From: Octopus bimaculoides
Taxonomy: Eukaryota
DNA: 64,000 nt
Assembly (NCBI RefSeq): GCF_001194135.2
Contig: NC_068981.1
Coordinates: forward strand, 101,949,449 to 102,013,448
Direction: 5' to 3'
Under the pieces are notes generated by a model, which had not been told where the DNA came from, searched no databases, and saw only the letters and a list, made by a program, of their open reading frames with translations. The position numbers and the translations under genes were made by a program. Numbering within the stretch: position 1 is the first letter of the stretch; each line of letters opens with the position of its first letter. Positions 11,789 to 23,685 of the stretch are shown here, in pieces.

Positions 11789-13450
11789 TACATTATCTCT
11801 CTTTGCTTTTGGAGTGTTCCACCGTCACCAACAATAAGACCAGTTTCCAATATAGACACCATCAGAACAGAGTGAGTTTCTATATAGTCAGTGAAACTGC
11901 TAGAAATAGCAGTAAACTTTCCTTCAAACAACAAGCACCCTACCATTAAGAATAGAAAGGCCACATAATATAATGTAGTTCTAGATATCCCTAAAATGTC
12001 AAGATGGGCAGAGTTGAAATGCCTTTTATTTTAGGTCTGCTGAAGTACAGTTGATCTTTGGTTAAATTAAACAACACCAACACTGTCATTGCTATCACTT
12101 TCTTCTTGGTACCATTTCATTTGATACTCAGGATCTATGTCTGCTCTGAAGACAATGAGATTTGAGTTTGACAAAAGGAAAAGTTTTGCTTGATTTAAAA
12201 AAAAATAATGTAAAGAAAATAGTATTGATACAAATATCTAAAATAATGTTTATAATAATAATGAAAATAAGTATATTGTTACAAGAACAAGAGAGATAAT
12301 AATCCTAATATTGATGATGATGGTGATGACAAAATGATGATGACAATGAGAATAAAGGAAGAAATTTACTTCAAATATGCAAATAGTGAGTCTGAATAAT
12401 TAAATAGGCTTTGTTAATAATGCAAAAGATTTTGCTCCAGAGAGATTAAACAATTAATCTGAAATTCTAAGAAATCAAAATAAATATATGCACACATGTG
12501 CCCCCCCCCCCACACACACACAGATATTTACATGTACATGCACAGATATGAACTTGCACATTCACACATACACACACAAACACATATTCAAACAAATGAA
12601 TGCAAACATATATCCACATATATGTCTACATGAGCACTTGGAAGTTTGTTCTGCAAGGAATATGCGCAATGTAGCTTGTTAGTCATTCCCAGATGGAAAC
12701 AAATGAAACAAGGACATTGTAAATGATAGTGAAGATTGTGAGGCAGCATTTGAACAACTGAGAAATTGTAAGACAATGCATATTATTGATTGTGTAGGAA
12801 TGGAAACTGCAGGTAATCAATCAGTTCAATACACAAAAGCATATTTATATGTTTACTGCATATTTATGTTTTAAACACATTTATCTGCAGAATACAAACT
12901 TTACTATATAATAATATTTATATATATATAATTAGAATTGTAATTATAAAACATTTTTATGTATGTAAAACTGTTTATATGTATAAAGTACAATTATGTA
13001 TAAAACATATGTATGTATCCATCCATCCATCCACACATATTTATGCATATCATATATTTCTATTCCTTCATTTTATCTCTGTATATCCACACTAGAATAG
13101 GCTGGGCAAACACTTATTATTGAGGAAGTATCATATATGCAGATGTTAATGCTGTTAGTGACCCTTACTTCTTTTCCAAGTAGAGGAATATTTGGAAGTT
13201 CAGTGCATATTGTTTTAAAGGGAATGTAAACTGTAAACATAACATTGTCATTTTGAGCAGACAGTGTCATAGAAAAACATGGAATCTAAACATTCAAGCA
13301 CACAGACACACACTTGTGCATACATGAACTAGTTGCAACTGATAAAATAAGATAAAAATTGAATCCAGTGGGATTTGAACTCATAGTGCAACAGCAAGAA
13401 GTAATGTGTTTAGAGTAACACTCACTCATTCCAGCCACTAGATTATCTTA

Positions 13451-13985
13451 TCTATAATAAAAAGGCCACTGGAGATCATGATCATGATGATTGCCATAAC
13501 TAGACAGCTGTTTATACAATGATGTCCAACCTTAACAATGATATTGGACATCTTATTTCTAATTGAAGTGCTGGAGATGTTGGTCACAAACTAATCTTTT
13601 CATTGGCTGCTTCTGCGACATAGTTCTGCTCAAGCAGAACTAATTGTCGCTGCTCAAAAAGAACACCAAAATATGAAGGAAAGTTGCCAATTAAAGAGCA
13701 GAGGTTAATAGGTCTGTTTAGACACAACCATTATATGATTTGTAGCTTTGCATAGTTGAAAGAAACTAGATTTTAAGTTGCTTAAATTACAAGCTAAAAG
13801 GAATTAAACATCCAATGATATCAAGATGGTGAAAGATTTGTCATATAATCTGACTTGTAATTAAGAGGCTTGATGATAAAGAAATTAATAATCAGATATT
13901 AGAATATCAGTTATGAAAGTGCCACATGAACTTTCCAAAATTTATCATTTAGTCAGAAAGCGTGTGTACAAGCACACACACACAC
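13451..13985 (+). mobile_element. Interspersed element, possibly a non-autonomous Helitron
   Basis: Begins A|TCTATAATAAAAAGG (Helitron-like 5' end), has an internal 15-bp-stem hairpin at 13615-13650, and its 3' part is repeated at 1-128. A canonical 3' CTRR end is not clear. Confidence 0.35.
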
Positions 13986-14016
<31 letters not shown>

Positions 14017-16379
14017 ACTGAGTTCAAGGAAAGTGGTGACAGTCTGCATTAGTAAGAAGTGTATTATCTGGAAAAAGTAAGAGTGAAATTTTCGTGGAGA
14101 GTGAAATATCCAACACTTTTTCATGTTTAAGATGACATTAGGAAAAAGAAACAAAAAAGAGGAAAAACAGTAGTTTTATGTCATCAATGTTTGAGCAACT
14201 GGTTGCAGCTAATGGGAAACACAAGACAATATGAATGTGCATTCATAGACAGGAAATAGTAGGAGTGAGCAAATAGGTGAGAGTGAGAAAAGGAAAGAGA
14301 AATAAAATGTGGGAGAGAAGCTGGTAAGTGTGGGATGGAGGGAAAAATTAAGGTGAGAAGGCTAAAACTAGGATTACTGTATTAGAAGGGTATGAAGGAA
14401 TAAAAAGGAAAAAAATATTCATTTAAACTAGTGGGCTGAAGATCATCAAGGCTCAAAGTGGAAGAAGGTTAATAAGGACCTATGAGACCAAAACTTAGAA
14501 GAGGGGTCCTTGCAACCAAAAGTGGAGGAAAAAAGGCTGAAATATAAAAATTTAATCAAAATGATCAGCGTGATATTAAGCTAATGTATGTGTGCATGAG
14601 TGCGTACATGTGCACCATCATCATCATCATTTTTATGGTTCACTTTTCCTTGTTGATATGAGCTGGACAAGTGTTATTGAGGTAATACTTTATGGCTAGA
14701 TGTCTTTCCTGTCAACAACCCTTACTTGTTTTCCAGTAAGTTATTTTTATTCCACTAGTCTTCACATGTTGAAACCACATGTTTATAGGAGACCTAAACA
14801 AAATTTTGCTCACAAGGCATTGACTACAGTAGAAGCCAGTTACACAAGGTGTCATAATGTAGGATGGAACCCAAATCCATGTGGTTAGGAAATGCACTTT
14901 ATAACCACATAGCCATCTCTGCACACATCTACCCACACCTCACTAGACATGCATGCAGAAACACATATGTATACATACATATTTATCCATCAGTAAACTC
15001 ATAAGAGATTTGATCTAGTGGCATCCAACGCAACTCCAAATCACTCCAAACTAGGATGTTGGACTGTTATTTTGGTGTTATAGTGAGTCTGTCTTCTTTT
15101 TTTGAACTAGTTAACCTTTTATCTATATCTATTTAACATTTTCTGTATAGTTTATAAACAACATTCCAGTTGAGATAAGGCATGAATGAGGAAGATGGTC
15201 ATAGGCCATATTACATACACACTCATCTAATTCACACTAGGAAAGAAGAATAAGACATCAAAAGAAATGTTGATAGTAATGAGGAGGATTATGATGATGA
15301 CAACAATAATGAGAAAAAAAATGTTGATGCTGATAATGATTATAATGATATCGCTATTTAAATATATGGCACTATTTTATGATACAACTTTATTATAAAC
15401 ATTCTGCAGACTGTTTTACTACCCATGTTACTACTGCTTGCCAAAGAAGCAATATAGTTAAAAGGAGACTAATAAAATTAAGCAAAAATTTCAGATCTCA
15501 TTCCATTTATGTGTGTAGGAGGTAAAAACAGAATTAAAGTTAATGTGTACAATATTAATAAATAGAGTTTTTCAATAATTATTTCCAAAAAGCAGCAAAG
15601 ATATTTGCTAAAAATTTCTATAGATTTAATAGCATCTTATTTTTGATAAACCCTAATTAGTAAAGCGAAAATTTACATAAACTGATAATTTCTAAAGTAG
15701 GAAATATAAAGAAGGAGAAAAATGAATAATTCTAATGGAAAGTAAAACCTAAATTTGTGATTTTAAAAGATACCGATTTAAAGCATCTGAATAACAAAAA
15801 TCTTTTGATAGAAATTCTAATTATTTTTGATGTGAGGGTGTAACTGAAAGACTGAAGTGCTGAAATACTTCCATTATATCTCAACCTAAAAACATCAAAA
15901 AAAAAAAAAAAAAAAAAAAGAAGAGAGAGAGAGAGAGAGGGTGGGGGAGAATGAACTAAAATCAATAGTATTTATGGAAACCAAAATTAGATAATAGGAT
16001 GATTGGCTAATTTCTCACATCATTTTTTCCCCCCTTCTAATGAAGCTGAACCAGAAACTATTGGAACATTGTTAAACATATCAGAGTCGTAATTCATACT
16101 GAACACTTTTCCCTAAAGTTTCTCCCCTGCATTGAATCTCTCTCCAGCTTCCTTCCCAATCATATTTTACTTCAAACCACAAATTTAAAAAAAATTTTAA
16201 AGAATGTTACCAGTGATATTAATCATTCAGTTATCTCTAACATCATCATCATCATCTTCATCATTTTCATCACTTGCATATGAAGTCCAGTGTCCTTTCT
16301 TTTTTTATGTCCTTCACTGCAACAGGAACCCCCTCATACTTACACCGAACATCTACTGTCCATTTGTATTATATCAGTA

Positions 16380-16692
16380 GCGAAGGCACGTGACATAATG
16401 GTTAGGGTATTTGGCTCATGATCGTGTGGGTCATCACTTCAATTCCTGGTGGTGCATTGTGGCCTTGAGCAAGACACTTTATTTCACATTGCTCAGTCCA
16501 TTCAGCTGGCAAAAATGAGTTGTACCTGTACTCAAAGGGCTAGTCTTGTCACATTCTGTGTCATGCTGAGAACTACATTAAGGGTATGTGAGTCCGTGGA
16601 GTACTCAGTCACTTGCATGTTAGTTTCACAAGTAGGCTGTTCTGTTGATCAGATCAACTGGAACTCTTGTCATCATAACTGATAGAGTGGGT
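16380..16692 (+). mobile_element. tRNA-derived SINE family C (second copy 24236-24545; minus-strand fragment about 6255-6385)
   Basis: Head TGACATAATGGTTAGGGTATTTGGCTCATGATC...TTCAATTCCTGG, then CCTTGAGCAAGACACTTTATTTCACATTGCTC, and a shared 3' body with 24236-24545. Confidence 0.8.
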
Positions 16693-16959
16693 CTTTTTTT
16701 TTTAATACCAGCCCAGTTAATCTCTCTTATTATTATTTTAGTGTTCTGCTGCTCACCTTGTTCATCCATTCAATTGTTTTAAATGCAAGTTAACATTACT
16801 CAGCCAACAGGTCACATTGGATTCATTTCCTGCAGGCTTTAAACATCCATTGCCTATGTTGTTGTTACCATTATGCAGCACCAGCCAATCAGACATATGG
16901 TCAAAAATGTTCTAACCATGACCATCCTGTCATTTGGTATATTCCAATGTGATTTAGGC

Positions 16960-17224
16960 ATAGAGCTGGGAGAATTATTATATCATAGGGCAAAATGCCT
17001 AGCAGTATTTCTTCCAAATTATTACATTCAGAGTCCAAATTCTGCTGAAATTGAATTTGCTTTTCATCCTTTCAGTGGCAATAAAATAAGTACCAGTTCA
17101 ACATATGCAACTGGCTAATCCCTTGCCCCTTTTGGGATAAAAAAAATAAGTAGCAGTTGAACACATGTAACTGGCTAACCCCTTGCCTTTAAAAATTGCT
17201 GGCCTTGTGCCAAAATTTGAAACC
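16960..17224 (+). mobile_element. SINE family B with an internal ~61-bp tandem duplication
   Basis: GCTTTTCATCCTTTCAGTGGCAATAAAATAAGTACCAG core, 3' end GGCCTTGTGCCAAAATTTGAAACC, and AATAAGTAcCAGTT...ACTGGCTAAyCCCTTGCC present twice. Confidence 0.8.
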
Positions 17225-17456
17225 GAGGCTGGTGAGTTGGGAGGATAGTTAGAGCATCGGACCAATGCTTAGTGCATAACTTTCCCTCAAATCACATTCT
17301 ACCATCTTAAGGGCACATTGGATAAGGAAGATTGGTAAAAGAAAAAAAAAAAAGGACAGAATGGTCATAGCTAGAACACCTTTGGCCATAAAGACTGACT
17401 TGGAGCTCAACAACAACGACAAGGATAATAATGAGACAATAGGGAAATCTGTAAGT

Positions 17457-18122
17457 CAATGGTTCTCAACTGGGGTTCATGTAGACCCTGAGGGTCCATA
17501 TAAGGTTTTTGGGGGTTCATACAACAAAATAGTGAATTGGGATCCACAATAGTATTTTACGAGCCCCTGAAAAAAAAAATTTGCCACAGAAGCAATGTGG
17601 CCAATGCCAGTGGTATGTAAAAAGCAGCTTTCAAGTGTTGGGCCTCATGGAGGTAATGACAAATTACCGAGACATTTGGCAATATGTCGTGCTGGAAAAG
17701 AAGACCCATCAAGCCAAATGAAATCATAGTCGTGGCAGATACTGGTGTCACGCAATTGGTATCTATACCAGTGGCATGTAAAAGTACCCATTACACTCTC
17801 AGAGTGGTTGGGATCAGAAAGGGCAACCAGCCATATAAACCATGCCAAATCAGACTAGAGTCTGGTGCAGCCCCTCAGCTTACTAGCCTTGGTCAAACTG
17901 TCCAATCCATGCCAGCATGGACAATGATGATGATGATGGTGATGATGTATGTATTGCAAGAAACAGTGAGGTTTATTCCTCTAATATTGTCCATATTCAC
18001 ACATTAACTTCGAAAGAAATATCTATAAAACTAATTTTTAAACATCAAATGACTAGCGGGGTCCATCAGAATAAAATGATAATCAAAGAGGTCCATAGAT
18101 GAATAATGGTTGAGAACCCTTG
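17457..18122. mobile_element. hAT (Charlie-like) MITE with a nested RTE-tail insertion (about 17590-17945)
   Basis: Termini CAATGGTTCTCAAC / GTTGAGAACCCTTG; 8-bp TSD CTGTAAGT (17449-17456) versus CTCTAAGT (18123-18130). Confidence 0.8.
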
Positions 18123-19427
18123 CTCTAAGTGGTCACTCACTTACTAGAAATAGTAGCTTAAAGAAAAAAACAAGAACAAAATGACACTTTGAATAATGAA
18201 GTTCTTCTGTATGTACTAAACCTGAACGACTCTGATTATATGTCTGCTCAATCAGAGCTCACCACTAATACCACCACCACCACCACCACCACCAAAAGCA
18301 TCTCCATAATCATCACCACCATTACTACAAACAACAACAACAAAACCTATTTTCTATAATTGTCATTAGCGAGGCACAGTCGTCAACCATCCAATTTTTC
18401 ATTGCTATACATAAGTTAGAGCTTGTTAGACCAGCCTTGTTAATATTCTGATATCTGCAGTTTTCCACAGAATGCATAGAAAGCAAGCCTGATACTGAAA
18501 GGAGTATGGCGAGTAATGAGATTACAGACTGATTATATATCAGCTGTATTAGTGATGTTGCATGCATTTAACAGACTACAACAATAACAAGAACAATACA
18601 ATAACAGTAACAACAACAGTTAGAACAGCAACATGATAACACCAGAAAAGTTTAGACAACATATAATATTACACACCTATTTGCATACAAGTGTATATGT
18701 ACCAGAATATAGAGTATACATTTGCATATACATACATATATAGAATTTTAATTACGTATTGTTCCATCAGAATGGCGACTTTTAAACATGCTTTATATTG
18801 GAAAACCTGATAGATTGATGTACTGATGTGATACTTGTGGCCGATATATGAGTATGTGTATCAATGAAAATGGTTCTCTCTCTCTCTCTACTCACACACG
18901 CATACACATGTAATCATCATCATCCTTTTAACTTCAAACAGAGTTTGTTGAGGTAGATTTTCTAAAGCCAAATGCTCTTCCATCACCTCACCTGTTTTTT
19001 CATAGCAAGGTAATATTTCACCATGACTGGACATGTTGACATGGAAGATTGGAAGCAAAGGACACCATATGTATGATGTTGAAGTACATTTACAATTATA
19101 GTGTGATGTCAAGACAAGAAGACCCAGTGAGATTGAACCTGAAACAATGTGGTTGGGGAGCAAATATCTTAACCACACACCCATGCCTGCACCTATATGT
19201 ATGTATGTATGTATGTATGCATGCATGCATGTATGTATAAATACACACACATGCATATATGTAAAAGAAGAACACAAGTGGAGTTCAAAATTCACAACAG
19301 TTGTCTTGAGAATATTTTATCAATGCATTACATCATGGTAAAAAATCCTCCATCATCAAGTAAATTTTAAACATGTTCCATATAGTTGGTGAGCAAGTCA
19401 ACTCCTGTTTCTACTTCACCTGTTTGT

Positions 19428-19514
19428 ATCAGTAAATGAATTTCGATCTTATCTTCAAATAAAGGTATTTTCGATGCAGCGGCTTCCACTTACAATGAGA
19501 CACTAGCAGCCAGC
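19428..19514 (+). pseudogene. Small Penelope-like RT-thumb fragment
   Basis: Translates to ISK*ISILSSNKGIFDAAASTYNETLAAS, matching the PLE pattern ISxRISxLSSxxxxFxxAxxxYNxALxxSGY also seen near 42280-42380. Confidence 0.55.
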
Positions 19515-19519
19515 AAGTT

Positions 19520-19697
19520 CAGTGGCACATATAAACCCATTATACTCTTAGAGTGGTTGGTGTTAGCAAGGGCATCCACCTGTAGAAACCATGCCAAATC
19601 AAACTGGAACTTGGTGCAGCTCTCCGGCTTACCAGTTCCACTCAAACTGTCTAACTCATGCTAGCATGAGAAGCGGACACTAAATGATGATGATAAG
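19520..19697 (+). mobile_element. RTE-3'-tail element
   Basis: GTGGCACATATAAACCC...GTTAGCAAGGGCATCCACCTGTAGAAAC...AGCGGACACTAAATGATGATG. Confidence 0.8.
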
Positions 19698-20347
19698 GCG
19701 GTACAGTCATGGCTGTGAGGTTTGCCTCAAAGCCATGTAATTTCGGATTCCATACCACTAGTCGGTACCTTGTACAAGTTTCTTCTTCTATAGCATTAAG
19801 CTAATTTAGGCCAACTAATGTGAATAAAACTGAGTAGATGGAAACTATGTACATCTGTTGTATGTGTGCTAGTATATATGGATGCATATGTGTGAGCATC
19901 TGTATATATATATATGTGCGACTGCTTCTGTATATCATCACATCATACTCCATAGGGGTAAAAACAGTGAGTCTGTTTATATCTCTTGTAAGCACTATAT
20001 TCTGTATTTCAATGGCTTAGTTAGTGTGAAATCCAGCAGAATAAATATACCTTACTTGGAAAATGAGTAAGGGGTGTCAACATGAAGGGTATCTAGCTGC
20101 AAAATAGTGATTTGGAATGTCTTATCCAATCTGTCTCAGCATGGTAATAGTGGATGAAAAAAAACCAATGATGATAGTGATATGTACACACAACACACGT
20201 GTATATTAAACCTGCAGGCACACACACACACGCACACATAGAATACACACATATATTAAATACACATATGCATATGTATACCCTCATCACTGCCATTATT
20301 ATTATATATTTTCCAGGCTTGCATAGACTGGACGTGTTCTCACTGGT

Positions 20348-20389
<42 letters not shown>

Positions 20390-20416
20390 GATATANNNNN
20401 NNNNNTTCTCACTGGT

Positions 20417-20458
<42 letters not shown>

Positions 20459-21324
20459 GATATACTGATAGATAGACAGATACAAAGAACTATTCATGTA
20501 TCTGTGCATAGAATTGACTGCATGTCTGTATGGGTTGTATGCACATCTGTAAGTAAATACGAGCAAGTGTATATCCATAAATATGTGGAAGTGATTGCTT
20601 ATGCATATCTATATGTGTAAGAGTGTATGCCTGTTTGTGTGGATATTATTTGCTTGTATGTATATATTTATGTGTTCTCATGTGCAATTGTGTAATGTGC
20701 CCAATAAAAAAAAAAAAANNNNNNNNNNNNNNNNNNNNNNNAAAAAAAAAAAAAAAGGAATATATTAAAAAAAAGCAGCATTTCTTTGGAGGATATTGTT
20801 TCAGTCAGTGCTGATATTGATGAATAATTTCAAGAATTAGCAGAGATAAGTGGTTCATGTCTCGTTAAGATATCGATGAAAATCGAGTCTCTTCAAATTG
20901 TTCTTATTCTATTGCTTTTCAATAGATTTCTCTTTCTCACCCCTCTTTTCACTCTTTGTTCTCTCTCTCTCTCTCCTTCTTTCCTTCTCTCTCACTGTCT
21001 AGGGAAAGGAATTGGTTATATTAAGCAATAATCTCTGGCAAAAGTTCTATCATAACACAATGCCAAATGTAATAAAGAAATTATGCCTTTAATAGCCATG
21101 TCTCATTGTCTACGATGTAGTAACTCACTCTTGAGACTTCCTTCATGCATTGTCTTTTATTGGGAAAAAGAAATCCTTTGTTCCATTCAGCATTAACAAA
21201 AACTCTACATTTCTATTTTAGGTAGTGGGGAGAGGGTCCTTCCAGAGTTGTTTCTTAGATTGAGTTTTATGTTGTTAAACAAAAGTGAGATACATCTGTG
21301 TCTGGATAGGATATCAGACTATGT

Positions 21325-21692
21325 TGCATGTATCATTTCTAGATAATATGACTGCGTGCACACGTGCATGTACACATACACATATGTTATTTTTACAGAA
21401 GTGACCTGACGGTGGAGAGTTTCATGCGTGGTAGGAACTTGCATTTGTAACTTTCTGCTAGTTAAAATTAAAAACATATATATATATATTATATGCACAC
21501 ACACATGTTTTGAGTTTTATTTCTTCCATTTGTTGTACCAAACCTATATATATATATATATATATATATATAGGTTTGATACAACGAATGGAAGAAATAA
21601 AACTCTCCACCCTCGAGTCACTTCTGTAAAAATAATGTGTATGTGTGTGTGTGCATGCACGTGCTGTCATATTATCTACAAATGGTACATGA
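21325..21692. repeat. Fold-back palindrome centred on (TA)n
   Basis: Inner arms 21512-21544 / 21573-21605 and outer arms 21325-21422 / 21600-21692. The left arm carries a ~90-bp insert flanked by GAGTTT on both sides. Confidence 0.9.
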
Positions 21693-21711
21693 AGTTAAAT
21701 ATATGTCCTGT

Positions 21712-21779
21712 CATAGAATGACCAATGGTTTTGCATCCATAAAGTGCTTAACTTCTAGGCGACTCATCAGACTCTAATG
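21712..21779 (-). ncRNA. Degenerate type I hammerhead ribozyme (G12 to A)
   Basis: Minus strand: CAUUAGAGU CUGAUGA [stem II] AAAAC CAUUG GUC|AUUCUAUG. Stem I is UAGAGU/AUUCUA, stem III is the near-palindrome ACCAUUGGU, and the cleavage triplet is GUC. Confidence 0.65.
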
Positions 21780-21785
21780 GCTAAG

Positions 21786-21825
<40 letters not shown>

Positions 21826-22124
21826 CACACTTTATATACACTCACACACACTTTAGTCTTTACTAAATTTATACAGACACATGAACTTTGTGAAGACTAA
21901 CGTATTAGTAAGTAGTAAAGATGACAAGACACTAGTACTAACAGGGAAATGGTGATGTTTGGCATACAGAAAAAGAATAGGTAAAAAGTTGTATTCAATG
22001 TACTCAGATTAAAGGATGCCCACACAAAATGTGCAATGGAATCAGAGGAAGCCTACTGAAGAAGGTAGATTTTGTAAATGTTATCTTCTTCATACCAGTG
22101 GACACTAAGAGCACACTTAGAACA

Positions 22125-22880
22125 AATTCTCTTAAATGTTTTGATAGTTCTCTAGAAGTAATTGATAACTTCTGCTACTTGGTAACCTGATAAGCAGCAG
22201 AGATGGGGGCCTCTGAAAGTACATTAGCCTTGATAAGAATGGCTTGGAAGAAGTTTAACCCTTTAGCATTCAACCTGGCCATATCCGGTACAAATATGGT
22301 ATTTGTTTTATCTTCAAATTGGCCAGATGCAGCCTCTCATACCTACCCTAAATGCCATTCTAAAAAAACACAAAAAGCAATTGTATCATTGACTTCTTGA
22401 AACTAGGAGATAATGCACAGTGTTATATAATTGGTACCCATGCTGGTGGCATGTAAAAAGCACCCACTACACTCTTGGAGTGGTTGGCATTAGGAAAGGC
22501 ATCCAGCTATAGAAACCATGCCAAATCAGATTGGAGCCTGGTGCAGCTCCCCAGCTTATCAGTTTTCAGAAAAACTGGCCATGCCATGCCAGCATGGAAA
22601 ATGGATGTTAAATAATGATGATTGGTGAGTTCATAACAATATGATTAAATAAGTACTACATTTGGCAGAATGTGAATGCTAAAGGGTTAAGGGGTATAGT
22701 TACCTTTTCTGGTAACAAAGAACTTCTTGGTCAGAGTAAAATGAAGGCTGTGTGAGGATTGTGTAGGAAATGCATTGTTGCATGGTAGCAAGACATGGGC
22801 TCTGAATGCAGAGAGTTTGTGAAGGGCAGAAAGAACTGGAGTAAGCATTCTTTGTTGGATGTGTAACGTCCAAAGTTATG
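22125..22880 (+). pseudogene. RTE ORF2 (post-RT region) fragment split by a nested MITE
   Basis: LEVIDNFCYLGNLISSRDGASESTLALIRMAWKKF on the left of the MITE continues on the right as LPFLVTKNFLVRVK*RLCEDCVGNALLHGSKTWALNAESL*RAERTGVSILCWMCNV. Confidence 0.8.
22259..22686. mobile_element. piggyBac-type MITE family 1, complete, with an RTE-tail insertion at 22432-22623
   Basis: TTAA TSD at 22255-22258 and 22687-22690; perfect termini CCCTTTAGCATTCA / TGAATGCTAAAGGG. Confidence 0.9.
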
Positions 22881-23544
22881 ATAATCAGAAATAGTAAGTA
22901 GTCTAATATTTCTGAGAGACACCATCAAGTACTTAAACTGATCTTAAAATAAAGTGAAAATCTCAAAAGCACCACCATCAACAGTAAAAACAGAAATAAC
23001 AATATGACCCTGTGAGCTCCATATGTCAGTCACACATATTACAAACTCAAATATTTACACTCCTTTACTGAAATGATGGAAGATAGTTAACCACATTGGA
23101 CAGGTGTGATGATCTCAATTTCAAATTGTTGAGTAGGTCTCACAGAACATGATGAAAAAAGTTCATGTTAAGTGGAAGTCAATTTTGCAAGGTTAAAATT
23201 ACAATCATTCTCAATAAAACACTTCCCCAACACTGAAATAATTTTGAAATGCTGCCAATCTTTATATGCACATGCATGTATGCGTGTATGAGTGTGTGTA
23301 TGTGTGCATGTATACAGCAAGCATGCATACTTGTATTGTGTGTGAGTTCCTTCATGTCTATTTGCTTGTGTGCATATGCATAGTACAGGCATTGATACAT
23401 ATACATGTATAAATAGATTCAAATATAAGCCACAATCACAATACACATCTTAATAATGTATATAAATACACTTTCATAAAAACAGTTACATCTACTCACT
23501 CTTCTCTTTCATCATTCACAAACACGTACAAATATATACACATA

Positions 23545-23612
23545 TATATGAGCATACACACACGGATAGACAGATAGAGGCAGGCAGGCAGGCCGGTAGG
23601 TAGGTAGATAGG

Positions 23613-23652
<40 letters not shown>

Positions 23653-23685
23653 AACATAGATAGAAACATAGATAGATCTCCACAT
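23545..23685. repeat. Graded compound tetranucleotide microsatellite (AGGC to AGGT to AGAT to AGAAACAT)
   Basis: Direct inspection. Confidence 0.9.

Noticed and set aside
20335-20465. Direct repeat TTCTCACTGGTAAA(GA)nATAGATATA
   Set aside because: The two copies flank a 10-N gap; typical overlapping contig ends.
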